Assembly: GCA_007120305.1 (NCBI GenBank)
Contig: SKNW01000029.1
Span: 1,706-65,705 of the forward strand
DNA length: 64,000 bases
Reading direction: 5' to 3'
Origin: Gemmatimonadota bacterium
GTDB taxonomy: Bacteria; Gemmatimonadota; Gemmatimonadetes; Longimicrobiales; Gaopeijiaceae
How positions within the stretch are numbered: the stretch's first letter is position 1; each line of letters begins with the position of its first letter. Below, in pieces: positions 53,648-63,724 of the stretch. The translations under genes were made by a program, and so were the position numbers. The notes beneath the pieces are model-generated. The model saw only the letters and a program-made list of their open reading frames with translations. It did not search any database and was not told where the DNA came from.

Positions 53648-53825
53648 TCTATCTTCCGGGATGTCGGTTCCCTTTCCACCGGAGTCGCGGCTCATGACCC
53701 CGTCCCCCGTTCTCGGGACCCATGTCCGCCCTCGCCCGCGCCTCTGCTTCGCGGTCCCAGGGCTCCGCTTCCCGGGTCCGGCCGCCGAGGCGTGGGCCGT
53801 GAGCCGCTGATGCCGTGCCCCTGTC

Positions 53826-54686
53826 GTGGCCACTGAGCACGGTCTTCCCCCTCTCGTTCCCGGAACGCTCCTTCTCCTCACGGCGGAGCTCGATCCGGAC
53901 CCCGGGATCGTGGCGTTCCTCGAGGGCCTGCTCTCGCCCGAGGAGCGGGACCGGGTCGCCCGGCTTCGCCTCCCTCACATCCGTCGGCGCACCCTCGCCA
54001 CCCGGGGGTGGATTCGGTGGGTGCTTGGTCTCGCCACGGCGTCCGATCCCCACCGTCTGATTTTTCGGACCCGTCCCCGCGGAAAGCCCTTTCTCCAGGG
54101 CGGGCCCGCCTTCAACCTGGCCCATACCGGGGACCATCTGGTGCTGGCCCTTGCCACGGAAGGGGAGGTGGGAGTGGATGCGGAGGAGCCCCGTTCTCTT
54201 CCGGACCTGGAGGCCCTGGCCCGACGGGTCTTCACCTCGACGGAACGGGACGAACTTGGGGCACTCCCGCCGGGTCCCGAGCGGACCGGGGCCTTCCTCC
54301 GCGGGTGGACGCGGAAGGAGGCGCTCCTGAAGGCCATGGGCGTGGGGCTCGCGCTCTCCCCCCGCCACTTCTCGGTGGACCTGATCGGGTCCGAGGGTCA
54401 GCTTCTCCGGTGGATCGATCCCGACGTCAACCACACCCCTGACCTCGATCCCGGGCGTGAGCTCGGTCCCGCGGCGGGGGGGGCTGAAGAAGGGAGACGG
54501 ATTTCCGGGTCACGCCCTTGGTTTCTCATGGATGCCCTGGTTGCCGCGCCCCCGGGAGGCGCTGCTGCCGTGGCGTGGGACCAACAGCCGCGGCAGGTCG
54601 ACGTCATCCGTCTCCCCTCCGATCCCTCGGCGCTCCATGGCTTCGGGAGGGAGGGAGGCCCGAACGGGGGGGGCATGGTGGAGTAA
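53826..54686 (+). CDS. 4'-phosphopantetheinyl transferase (Sfp type)
   Basis: Contains GKPFL...FNLAHTGDHLV, GVDAEE and WTRKEALLKAMG. Confidence 0.7.
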   Translation: MATEHGLPPLVPGTLLLLTAELDPDPGIVAFLEGLLSPEERDRVARLRLPHIRRRTLATRGWIRWVLGLATASDPHRLIFRTRPRGKPFLQGGPAFNLAHTGDHLVLALATEGEVGVDAEEPRSLPDLEALARRVFTSTERDELGALPPGPERTGAFLRGWTRKEALLKAMGVGLALSPRHFSVDLIGSEGQLLRWIDPDVNHTPDLDPGRELGPAAGGAEEGRRISGSRPWFLMDALVAAPPGGAAAVAWDQQPRQVDVIRLPSDPSALHGFGREGGPNGGGMVE

Positions 54687-55130
54687 GGGATTTACTGCAA
54701 CATGCGGGATCCGTACAGCTACTCCGCATTCGTCGGACGGACCCCTTGCCCCGCAGGTGGGCCCACTCCCCATGGGCGTCTCTCCACACACCTTCGCATC
54801 GCATCATGGGCCTGATTCAGGCATGGCTCTTGCTTGTCTTTTCCTTGACAGCCGCACCCACGATGACTCCAGTCCGACCCCAAGAGATCCTTCCACACGC
54901 ACCGCCCTGTCCGCATGTCGCAACCCGCCCCCAAGACGAACCGCCCCTTCAGTGGCCAGGTCAGTGGCCAGGGCTCGCCCCTCCCCCACGGTGGGGGGCA
55001 GGGATCCTCCGGTTCATCCCGGGGGCGTAGCTACGCCTCCTCGCTTCGTCGTCGTCAGCTAGTGCTCCGCCCCCAGGCCCCTCCTCCCTCCGGGCCCGAG
55101 GTGGCCGAGGAATCCGCAAGGGAGGAGCGG

Positions 55131-55763
55131 ATGCGTCGAGGCATCAACGTGGTGGCGTCGCTGGTCCTCATCGTTGTGACCTCGCCGCTCATGCTCCTCG
55201 CGGCCATCGCGGTCAAGCTCTCGTCCCCGGGGCCGGTGCTCTACCGCCAGAAGCGGGTCGGGCTGGACCGTCGGCAGGACCAGCCCGGCGTCCCCCCCCA
55301 TCCTCGCCGCAAGCGTGACATGGGAGGACGGATCTTCGAGATCCTCAAGTTCCGCACCATGACCCACCGGCCCGAGGAGCAGGACCGACAGGTGTGGGCC
55401 GAGGTCAATGACCCCCGTGTCACGCGGGTGGGTCGGGTTCTCCGGAACTACCGGCTGGACGAACTCCCCCAGCTCTTCAACGTGCTCAAGGGCGACATGA
55501 ACCTGGTGGGTCCTCGGCCAGAGCAGCCGGAAATCTTCCAGAAGCTCCGGGGCGAAATCGACGGCTACCAGGTGCGGCAGCGGGTCCTTCCTGGCATCAC
55601 GGGGCTCGCCCAGGTGCACCTTCGCTACGACCAGTGCCTGGACGACGTCCGGGAGAAGGTCTGCCTGGATTTGAAGTACGTGGAGCAATCCTCGCCGCTG
55701 GAGGATCTGCGAATCATGGCCCGGACCGTTCCGGTGGTCATTTTCGGACAGGGCTCGCAGTAG
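55131..55763 (+). CDS. Undecaprenyl-phosphate sugar phosphotransferase (bacterial sugar transferase family)
   Basis: Contains SPLMLLAAIAVKLSSPGPVLYRQKRVG, KFRTM and LDELPQLFNVLKGDMNLVGPRP. GGGAGGAG SD precedes ATG 55131. Confidence 0.8.
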   Translation: MRRGINVVASLVLIVVTSPLMLLAAIAVKLSSPGPVLYRQKRVGLDRRQDQPGVPPHPRRKRDMGGRIFEILKFRTMTHRPEEQDRQVWAEVNDPRVTRVGRVLRNYRLDELPQLFNVLKGDMNLVGPRPEQPEIFQKLRGEIDGYQVRQRVLPGITGLAQVHLRYDQCLDDVREKVCLDLKYVEQSSPLEDLRIMARTVPVVIFGQGSQ

Positions 55764-55782
55764 CGGCAGACCCCGCGGCGTC

Positions 55783-57408
55783 TCACCCCATGTGGGGGTA
55801 GCGCCAGGCCTTCGGGGGCACGAAGGTCTCCTTCAGCGAGCGGGGGGAGAGCCAGCGGAGCAGGTTCAGGGCCGAGCCCGCCTTGTCGTTGGTCCCCGAG
55901 GCGCGGGCGCCACCAAAGGGTTGCTGCCCCACCACCGCCCCCGTGGGCTTGTCGTTGATGTAGAAGTTCCCCGCGGCGTCCCGCAGGGCGGCCACGGCCT
56001 CTCCGGTGGCCTTCCGGTCCCGCGAGAAAACGGCGCCGGTGAGGGCATAGGGGCTCGTCTGGTCCACGAGGCGAAGCGTCTCGGCCCACTTCGCATCCTC
56101 GTAAACATACACCGTGAGGATGGGCCCGAAGAGTTCCCGCTCCATGGTGTCGTATGAGGGGTTGTCGGTGACGATCACCGTGGGCTCCACGAACCATCCC
56201 TCGGCGTCGTCGGTGCCGCCTCCCACCAGGATCTCCACCCCGTTCGCCCCCCGGGCCGCTTCGATGGCATCCCGGTGCTTGGCGAAGGCCCGGGCATCGA
56301 TGACCGCCCCCATGAAGGTGGAAAGGTCTCCCACGTCGCCCATGGTGATGTCCTCGGCGATCCCTGCCAGCTGGTCGCGCACGCGGGGCCAGAGGGAGCG
56401 CGGGATGTAGGCGCGGGATGCGGCGGAACACTTCTGCCCCTGATACTCGAAGGCCCCGCGCCCCATGGCCACGGCCAGGGCATCGGGATCGGCCGACGGA
56501 TGGGCCACGATGAAGTCCTTGCCGCCGGCCTCCCCCACGATCCGCGGGTAGCCCCGGTAGGCGTCCAGGTTGGTGGCGGCCTTCTTCCAGAGGAGTTTGA
56601 AGACCTCGGCGGATCCGGTGAAGTGGAGCCCGGCGAACTCCCGGCGGGCCATGGCCACGTCGGTGACCAGGGCCCCGTCGCCGTGCACCAGGTTGATGAC
56701 CCCGTCCGGAAGGCCTGCTTCCCGGAAGATCTCCATGGTGACGTGGGCCGAAAGGGCCTGCTTCTCGGAAGGCTTCCAGACCACCACGTTCCCCAGCATG
56801 GCCGGCGCCGACCCCAGATTTCCGCCGATGGCGGTGAAGTTGAAGGGGGATACCGCGAGGACGAAGCCCTCCAGGGGGCGGTAGTCGGTGCGGTTCCAGA
56901 TCCCGTCGCTGGAGATGGGCTGGCCCGAGTAGATCTCCTCGGCAAAGGCCACATTGAAGCGGAGAAAGTCGATGAGCTCGCATGCCGCATCGATTTCGGA
57001 CTGGTAGACCGACTTGGACTGACCCAGGATCGTGGAGCCGTTCAGCGCGTCGCGGTAGGGCCCGGCCATGAGCTCGGCGGCCTTCAGGAAGATGGCGGCC
57101 CGCTCTTCCCACGGCATGGCCGCCCAGGCGGGACGGGCTTTGAGCGCCGCCTCGACGGCCGCCTCCACCTGGTCGGACCCGGCGGACTGCACCCGGGCCA
57201 GAATCCGACTGTGGCGATGGGGCGACACCTGTTCGAAGGTTCCCTCACCTGAACGGTCCTTTCCCCCGATGACCAGGGGGAGGTCCATGGTCTGATCCTC
57301 GTGGTCACGGATCCACGCCGCCAGAGATTCGCGCTCGGGGGAACCGGGCTCATAGTCGAGGATGGGCTCGTTGCCGGGGAGGGGGATCTGGAAGATGCCG
57401 TCGGTCAT
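55783..57408 (-). CDS. pruA: L-glutamate gamma-semialdehyde (1-pyrroline-5-carboxylate) dehydrogenase
   Basis: 541-aa aldehyde dehydrogenase with YEYQGQKCSAASR catalytic Cys context. ATGA overlap with the upstream GNAT gene. Confidence 0.8.
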   Translation of the reverse strand: MTDGIFQIPLPGNEPILDYEPGSPERESLAAWIRDHEDQTMDLPLVIGGKDRSGEGTFEQVSPHRHSRILARVQSAGSDQVEAAVEAALKARPAWAAMPWEERAAIFLKAAELMAGPYRDALNGSTILGQSKSVYQSEIDAACELIDFLRFNVAFAEEIYSGQPISSDGIWNRTDYRPLEGFVLAVSPFNFTAIGGNLGSAPAMLGNVVVWKPSEKQALSAHVTMEIFREAGLPDGVINLVHGDGALVTDVAMARREFAGLHFTGSAEVFKLLWKKAATNLDAYRGYPRIVGEAGGKDFIVAHPSADPDALAVAMGRGAFEYQGQKCSAASRAYIPRSLWPRVRDQLAGIAEDITMGDVGDLSTFMGAVIDARAFAKHRDAIEAARGANGVEILVGGGTDDAEGWFVEPTVIVTDNPSYDTMERELFGPILTVYVYEDAKWAETLRLVDQTSPYALTGAVFSRDRKATGEAVAALRDAAGNFYINDKPTGAVVGQQPFGGARASGTNDKAGSALNLLRWLSPRSLKETFVPPKAWRYPHMG

Positions 57409-57953
57409 GACGTGGGCTCCGGGGGTTCCGGTTCGTGGGTGGGGTTCGATGTCCCAATCTGGGATGCGGGGCGCTCCGCGAGAAGCCCCAGCTGTTCCTG
57501 GTCGATTCGATAGGTATGCCACTCGGAGAGCTGAATCGCTCCCCGCCGTTCGTAGAAACGGATCGCCCCCTCGTTCCAGTCCTGGACCATCCACTCCATG
57601 CGGCCGCACTCGAGCCGCACCGCCTCCTGCACCAGGTAGTCGAACATGGCACCCCCGAATCCCCGGCCCCGGTACTCGGAAAAGACGAAGATGTCCTCGA
57701 GGAAGAAGGTGGGGCGGGCCAGGAACGACGAGTAGGCAAGGTAGGTGATGCTGTAGCCCACGTCGCGTCCGTCGATGGTGGCCAGGTAGGCCCGGTAGCG
57801 CGGAGGGCTGGCGAGGGCGTCACGAAGGAGCCGCTCCCGGGCCTCGGGGGTGGGGCGGTCCATGTTCTCGAAGTTGGCGTGGGCGTCCACCAGGGCGAGG
57901 TAGACGTCAGCGTCCTCGGCCGTGAGGGGGCGGATGCGGACGGAAGAGGTCAC
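57405..57953 (-). CDS. GNAT family N-acetyltransferase
   Basis: 182 aa with acetyl-CoA motif (VFSEYRGRGFGGAMFDYL). Confidence 0.75.
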   Translation of the reverse strand: MTSSVRIRPLTAEDADVYLALVDAHANFENMDRPTPEARERLLRDALASPPRYRAYLATIDGRDVGYSITYLAYSSFLARPTFFLEDIFVFSEYRGRGFGGAMFDYLVQEAVRLECGRMEWMVQDWNEGAIRFYERRGAIQLSEWHTYRIDQEQLGLLAERPASQIGTSNPTHEPEPPEPTS

Positions 57954-59038
57954 CGGTCACCCCGAGCTTCGAGGATCCGCTCGCCGCCCTGGTCCAGGAG
58001 GAGGAAGACGTCGAGGATGGTCTCCATGGCTTCCACGTAGAAGGCGGGGGTGATGTTCTCGAAGGTGTCGGACGGGTTGTGGTACCCGGGGTGATCCTCC
58101 ACTCCGAAGTACAGGAAGGGGATGCCCGCCTGGTGGAAGGGCCCGTGGTCCGATGACAGGGTCCAGTCGTCGCCGGGGGGCAGGTCGGGACGGTCATGCC
58201 CCATCAGGAGGGAGATCCGGCTCCGCTCCGCCGCTGCCTCCACCATGGGGGCGAGGAACGGGTAGTGGTACGTTCCCGCCGCGTAGAGTTCGCCGACTTC
58301 GCTGCGGCTCACCATGTCCAGGTTCACGTTCATCAGGACCCGGTCGAGGGGAACGGGCGGGTTGGCGATGAAGGCGCGGGCCCCCTGGAGTCCCTTCTCC
58401 TCCGCATCCAGGGCGGCGAGCACCACGGAGTGGCGGGGGCGGTTGGACTGAAGCCAGCGTCCCAGGGCCAGGAGGCCCGAGGTGCCGGAGGCGTTGTCGT
58501 CGGCCCCGTTGAAGATCTCCTCGCCCCGGATCCCCAGGTGATCGTAATGGGCCGTGATGACGATGTAGCGCTCCGGGTGAACCGTCCCCGGAATGAGGCC
58601 CAGAACGTTCACGCCCTCCAGCGGCTCCGTCCCCCCCCGTGGGGTAAAGGTGAAGCTCCAGGTGCGAAGGCCGTCCGGAGCCTCGAATCCCAGGGCATCA
58701 AAGCGTGCCACGAGGACCCGGCGGGCGCGCTCGTTCCCCGGGGTCCCGGTCTCCCTCCCTTCCATGGAGTCGTGGGCCAGCGTCCGGATGCCCTCGAGGA
58801 GCGCCGGGGCATCGATCCGGTCCCGGGTCCCGACGGTATCCGAAACCGAGGCGATGGCGAAATCGGGGGAGAGGGCGGCCTTGTGGGTGGTGGGCGTCGC
58901 GTGCGCCCTGAGGAGACCGGCGGGATGAGCGAGTCCCGAGAGGGCCAGGATCCCCAGCGCGCCGGCCAGCGGGAGGGCCGGGAGGCAGCGCCGGGCATGG
59001 CGGAGGAGCGGGAAGTGGGCGCGTGGCGTCATGGACAT
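57950..59038 (-). CDS. M28 family metallopeptidase (secreted aminopeptidase)
   Basis: Contains ITAHYDHLG and GADDNASGTSGLLAL. Signal peptide from ATG 59038; the maximal ORF extends to 59170. Confidence 0.75.
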   Translation of the reverse strand: MSMTPRAHFPLLRHARRCLPALPLAGALGILALSGLAHPAGLLRAHATPTTHKAALSPDFAIASVSDTVGTRDRIDAPALLEGIRTLAHDSMEGRETGTPGNERARRVLVARFDALGFEAPDGLRTWSFTFTPRGGTEPLEGVNVLGLIPGTVHPERYIVITAHYDHLGIRGEEIFNGADDNASGTSGLLALGRWLQSNRPRHSVVLAALDAEEKGLQGARAFIANPPVPLDRVLMNVNLDMVSRSEVGELYAAGTYHYPFLAPMVEAAAERSRISLLMGHDRPDLPPGDDWTLSSDHGPFHQAGIPFLYFGVEDHPGYHNPSDTFENITPAFYVEAMETILDVFLLLDQGGERILEARGDR

Positions 59039-59330
59039 GAAGTCGGAGCTCGCGGTCGATGGTGGGGAGACGGGAGAGGTCACCACGGGGACGGGGATGA
59101 CTCGGGGGCAGCGAGAGCACCCGAACGGCCCCGAAACGGATGCGGAACGCGTCTGCGGCAGGCACGGCACCCCCGCAGCCGGGGTACGAGCGTTCGGACC
59201 TTGACGAGAAAAACCTCGCGGATTGTGTCATCTTTGGAAGGTGGAGGCTACACCCTCGCCCGGACCGGGGTCCGGACACCCCCATCTCCTCCGCCGGCCC
59301 CCGTCGAGGCCTGCGCCCATTCCCTTGCCC

Positions 59331-60887
59331 ATGACCTCGCCCATGCCGCTTCCCTCCCGACGCCTGCGCTCCCTGCTCTTCCGGCCTCTTCGGACCCTCC
59401 CACGCCGACCCGGCCGCGTTCCGACCGGCGGAAGACGGGCCGGCTTCGCGGGCCTCTTCGCCCTCCTGGTTCTCGTGGGCCCGGGGCAGGGGGTGGCCCA
59501 GGTCTCGGCTGCGGAGCATGCCGAGCGGCGGACGGCGCTGGCGGCGGACCTGGGGGACGGGCTCCTCCTGGCCCTGGGGAGTGCCGCGCCTCCCCAGGAC
59601 TACATCCCCTTCCACCAGAACAGTCTCTTCCGCTACCTCACGGGGTTCACCGAGCCGGATGCGGCGCTGGTCATGGTGGTGGAGGGGGCGGAGCACCACG
59701 CGTTCCTCTTCGTGAACCCCAGGGATCCCGGCCGGGAGACCTGGGAGGGTATCCGGATGGGGCCGGAGCGGTCCCTGGACGTTACGGGGATCCCCGGCCG
59801 GAGCGTGGCAGAGCTTCCCGGCGTCGTGGATTCGCTCCTGGCCCGCCATGCTGAACTCCGGGTCGTGGGTCCCTACCAGCCGGCGGCCTCCGTGCAGAAT
59901 GACGTGACCCAGCGGGTCCTTCAGCTCACCCACAACCACCCGGATGTTTCGGTGCGCACGGTGAATGCCCGGGTGAACGAGCTGCGGGCCATCAAGTCGG
60001 CGGCCGAGCTGGAACTCATCCGCCGGTCGGTGGCCCTCACGGTGGAGGCGCACCGGGAGGTGGCGGCGCACCTGGCGCCCGGACGCAACGAGTTCGAGAT
60101 CCAGGCGGTTCTGGAGGGGACCTTCCGCCGCTACGGGGCGGAACGCCCGGCCTTTGCCTCCATTGTCGGGTCCGGTCCCAACGCCACCATTCTCCATTAC
60201 AACGCCAACGACCGCTTCATGGAGGACGGGGACATGGTGGTGGTGGACATCGGCGCCTCCTACGGCGGCTACGCCGCCGACGTCACCCGGAGCTACCCGG
60301 TGAACGGCCAGTTCTCGCCGGAGCAGCGCGCCATCTACCAGCTGGTCCGGGATGCCCAGGCGGCCGCCGAGGCCATGGCCGGTCCCGGGGTTTCCATGGG
60401 GGCCATGAACGCCGAGGCCTCCCGTGTGCTGGCCGAGGGGCTGGCGGCCCTGGGGCTCATGGAGGCGGCAGACGCCACCTTCGAGACGGCGGCAGGGACC
60501 CGGGCTCCCCAGCTTCAGCTCTACTACATGCACGGGCTCGGTCACGGCATCGGGCTGGACGTCCACGATCCCGCGCCGAACCCGCTGGCCCCGGGCGCTG
60601 TCATCAGCATCGAACCGGGCCTCTACGTGCGACCGAATCTCCTCACCGAGGTGGTGGCCGACACCCCGGCGAACCGAGCCATGATCGAGGCCATCCGCCC
60701 CGCTTTTCAGCGCTTCGTCGGGATCGGGGTCCGGATCGAGGATGACTACGTGGTCACCGTCGGGGGCGTGGAGTGGATTTCGCCGGCGCCCCGGGAAATC
60801 CACGAGATCGAGGAGGCCCTGGCCCGGCCGCGGGCCGGTACGGATCGAAACAGCGAGTGGGTGGAGTGGTACCGGCGGATGCGGTAG
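59331..60887 (+). CDS. pepP: Xaa-Pro aminopeptidase (M24B, with AMP_N domain)
   Basis: Contains ASIVGSGPNATILHY, VVDIGASYGGYAADVTRS and HGLGHGIGLDVHD. Confidence 0.8.
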   Translation: MTSPMPLPSRRLRSLLFRPLRTLPRRPGRVPTGGRRAGFAGLFALLVLVGPGQGVAQVSAAEHAERRTALAADLGDGLLLALGSAAPPQDYIPFHQNSLFRYLTGFTEPDAALVMVVEGAEHHAFLFVNPRDPGRETWEGIRMGPERSLDVTGIPGRSVAELPGVVDSLLARHAELRVVGPYQPAASVQNDVTQRVLQLTHNHPDVSVRTVNARVNELRAIKSAAELELIRRSVALTVEAHREVAAHLAPGRNEFEIQAVLEGTFRRYGAERPAFASIVGSGPNATILHYNANDRFMEDGDMVVVDIGASYGGYAADVTRSYPVNGQFSPEQRAIYQLVRDAQAAAEAMAGPGVSMGAMNAEASRVLAEGLAALGLMEAADATFETAAGTRAPQLQLYYMHGLGHGIGLDVHDPAPNPLAPGAVISIEPGLYVRPNLLTEVVADTPANRAMIEAIRPAFQRFVGIGVRIEDDYVVTVGGVEWISPAPREIHEIEEALARPRAGTDRNSEWVEWYRRMR

Positions 60888-60892
60888 AGAGG

Positions 60893-62200
60893 GTGGCCTC
60901 GAGCTCTCCAGCCGGGCCGTCTCCAGCCGGCTCCGGTGGTGCCGACCGCCTCCCCTGGCGGAGCACGCTGGCCACCGGGTTGATGGCGGCGGGAGGCTGG
61001 GGATGCTGGCGCTTCCTGGCCGGGCGCCCCGAGCTGGCTGAGGCCCTGCTCGGAGCCGGGTGGCACCCCGAGGCGATCCTCGGTCTGACCCGGATCTCCG
61101 GCGCGTCCCCCCTCCCGGTGGCTGCGGCGGAGCTGATTCTCGTGGCCCTTCTCGTCTGGCTGGTTTCTCTCCCGGTACGGGCGGTGCGGGAGGCTCGGGC
61201 CGCCAGGGCGTCGAAGGCGGACGTCACGGAGGTGACCGCCAGGGGAGGACGCCGATGGGCCCGCGCGGAGTCCCGGGCGGCGTCCCGACCGGCGTCCAGG
61301 GCGGGACTTCGGGCGGGGCTCCGGCTGGTCCGGGGAATCGCGGTCCTGGTGGCCACCTTCTACCTCCTCTGGGGGTGGCAGTACGCCCGCCCCGGACTCG
61401 ACGCTCGCCTGGGGATCCCGCCGGCCGGCCTCGTGGGGGATGCCGAGCTGCGTGTCCTCGGCGAGGCCCTGGTGAACCGGGCGAACCGCCTCTACCTGGA
61501 GGTGCACGGGGTGGAGGATGCGGGGAGCCCCACCCCGGCCCCGGCGGGCTGGCGGTGGACGGAGGAGGCCCGGGTGGAGCTGGATGCGGCCTGGGATCGG
61601 GCCATCGTGCGATGGGAGCTCCCTCCCGTCATGGCCCGCCCCCGACCGGGCCCGCGGATGCTTCGAACCACGCCGCTGGTCCGGCGCCTTGGGATCACCG
61701 GGGTCTTTGCCCCCTGGACCGGAGAGGCGCTCCTCATGGCGGACCTTCCGGGGGCTGGCGCCCATTTCACCGCAGGGCATGAGTCGGCCCATCAGCGGGG
61801 CATTGCCCGGGAGTCGGATGCCAACGCCATGGCGTACCTCCTGGCGCTGGAGTCGACGAGCGCCGAGTCCCGGTACGCCGCCGCCCTCTTTCTCCAGCGG
61901 CAGGTCCTGGCCGCGCTCGCCCGGCGCGATCCCGAGACCACCTTCTCGCTGGTCCAGGGCAGGCTCCCCGGGGTGCAGCGGGACGTGGAGGCGCTGGCGG
62001 CCTGGGCCCGCTCGGTGGCCGGTCCCACCCAGGACATGGCGCGGCAGGCCAACGACGCCATGCTGCGCCGGCACGGCATTGCCGACGGCGTGGCCAGCTA
62101 CGGGGGGAGTCTCTGGATCGTGGTGGCACTGGCTCGCGACCACGGGTTAGACGCCCTCCTCCCTCCGGCATCCGGCCTCGCTGGCCCGGCCCTTCCTTGA
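60893..62200 (+). CDS. DUF3810-like membrane protein with a putative metalloprotease-like HExxH motif
   Basis: N-terminal TM helices and GHESAHQRGIARESDANAMAYLL. Start is uncertain: GTG 60893 or ATG 60983. Confidence 0.5.
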   Translation: MASSSPAGPSPAGSGGADRLPWRSTLATGLMAAGGWGCWRFLAGRPELAEALLGAGWHPEAILGLTRISGASPLPVAAAELILVALLVWLVSLPVRAVREARAARASKADVTEVTARGGRRWARAESRAASRPASRAGLRAGLRLVRGIAVLVATFYLLWGWQYARPGLDARLGIPPAGLVGDAELRVLGEALVNRANRLYLEVHGVEDAGSPTPAPAGWRWTEEARVELDAAWDRAIVRWELPPVMARPRPGPRMLRTTPLVRRLGITGVFAPWTGEALLMADLPGAGAHFTAGHESAHQRGIARESDANAMAYLLALESTSAESRYAAALFLQRQVLAALARRDPETTFSLVQGRLPGVQRDVEALAAWARSVAGPTQDMARQANDAMLRRHGIADGVASYGGSLWIVVALARDHGLDALLPPASGLAGPALP

Positions 62201-62351
62201 AAATTTCCTCGAAGTTGGGGACATTTATGTGCTGGACCTCGAGGCGGGCGATGGCATCCGCTTCTCCGGGCTCGACGCCGGCGCCCCGGGAGGGTTTGCT
62301 TCCGGCGAACCTCTTTCCGACGCTCCCCTCGCCCCCAGCTTCCCCGACACC

Positions 62352-63677
62352 ATGATCGGCATTGTCGGCGCCGGCATCTCCGGCCTTTCGCTTGGCGTCT
62401 TTCTGGAGGCGCGGGGCGTGGAGCACGAGATCCTGGAGGCCTCGGATCGAACTGGGGGCGTGATCTGGAGTTCGCTCCACGATGGACGGGTCCTGGATCA
62501 CGGGCCCCAGCGCACCAGGGTCACGCCGCCGGTGGCCGAGATGATCCGCATCCTGGGGCTGGGCGACCGAATGGTGCAGGTCCCGCCGGACATCCCCCTG
62601 TTCGTCTACCGCCGGGGCAAGCTGCGGCAGGTGCCCTTTCGCCCGGGGGACCTTCTTCGCACGGACCTCCTCACGGCCCGAGGCAAGCTCCGTCTGCTTC
62701 TGGAGCCCTTCACCGGACCCTACCTCAGGGGCGAGACCGTGGGGGCCTTCCTGACCCGGAAGTTCGGTCGCGAGGCCTACGAAGGCGTCATGGGTCCCCT
62801 CTTCGGCGGACTCTACGGCTCCGATCCGGGCGAGATGTATGTCCGCCACTCCCTGGCCGAGACCATGGGAAGCTTCGGGGTGTCGAAGAGCATCATGGGT
62901 GGGTTCCTGCTGGGGCGCTTCAACCGCACCGCCACGCCGCCGGCTACCTCCTTCGTCGACGGGATGCAGGAATTCACCGACGCCATGGAGGCCCGGGTTC
63001 GTTCCCGTCTGCACCTCCGGACCGGATCCGTGGGACTCCGCCCGGAGGAATCAGCCCCCGCCGGGGAGTCGACGGGCGCCCCCGGTGCCGGGTGGATCGT
63101 GACCACCGAAGGCGGACAGGAGCGCCGCTACGATCAGGTGGTCCTCACCATTCCGGCCGAACCCGCCGCCGATCTCCTGGAGGCGGTGGCGCCCGAGGCG
63201 GCAGCCCGGCTCCGGCATCTCCGGTACAACCGTCTGGCCATGGTCCACATGGTGGGGGACGACTGTGGCCTCCACGGGCTGGGCTACCAGGTCGGATACG
63301 GGGAGGGGCTTCGCACCCGGGGGGTGACCTGGAACGCCTCCGCGCTCGGACGCCCCGGGGTCTACACCGCCTTCCTGGGCGGGGCCCGCGATCCCGCGAT
63401 GCTGGAGCGCACCGACGAGGAGATCGGCGAGGTGGCGCGCACCGAGTTCGAGGCGATCACCGGATGTCGGACCCGGGTGGTGGCCGTGACCCGCACCCGG
63501 GTACCTTCCTGGGACCGGACGTGGGAAGCCCTGGAGGGGCTGGAACTCCCCGCGGGGCTTCACCTCTGCACCAACTACGAGTCCCGGGTGGGGATCCCGG
63601 GCCGACTGGCTCGGGCCCGGGGGATGGCGGCGACGCTGGCGGCTTCCGCCGGCGCCGCCGCCGGTGCTTCGTCCTGA
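62352..63677 (+). CDS. hemY: Protoporphyrinogen/coproporphyrinogen oxidase (HemY type, FAD)
   Basis: N-terminus MIGIVGAGISGLSLGVFLEARG...EASDRTGGVI; about 441 aa from ATG 62352. Adjacent to a ferrochelatase fragment. Confidence 0.7.
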   Translation: MIGIVGAGISGLSLGVFLEARGVEHEILEASDRTGGVIWSSLHDGRVLDHGPQRTRVTPPVAEMIRILGLGDRMVQVPPDIPLFVYRRGKLRQVPFRPGDLLRTDLLTARGKLRLLLEPFTGPYLRGETVGAFLTRKFGREAYEGVMGPLFGGLYGSDPGEMYVRHSLAETMGSFGVSKSIMGGFLLGRFNRTATPPATSFVDGMQEFTDAMEARVRSRLHLRTGSVGLRPEESAPAGESTGAPGAGWIVTTEGGQERRYDQVVLTIPAEPAADLLEAVAPEAAARLRHLRYNRLAMVHMVGDDCGLHGLGYQVGYGEGLRTRGVTWNASALGRPGVYTAFLGGARDPAMLERTDEEIGEVARTEFEAITGCRTRVVAVTRTRVPSWDRTWEALEGLELPAGLHLCTNYESRVGIPGRLARARGMAATLAASAGAAAGASS

Positions 63678-63724
63678 TCCTGACGCGATCCCGGGCGCGA
63701 TCCTGATTCCGGGCGCGCCACCGC

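Noticed and set aside
54835-54850. TGTCTTTTCCTTGACA, considered as a PpsR site.
   Set aside because: The spacing is N10 rather than N12, and it lies upstream of a sugar transferase unrelated to photosynthesis.
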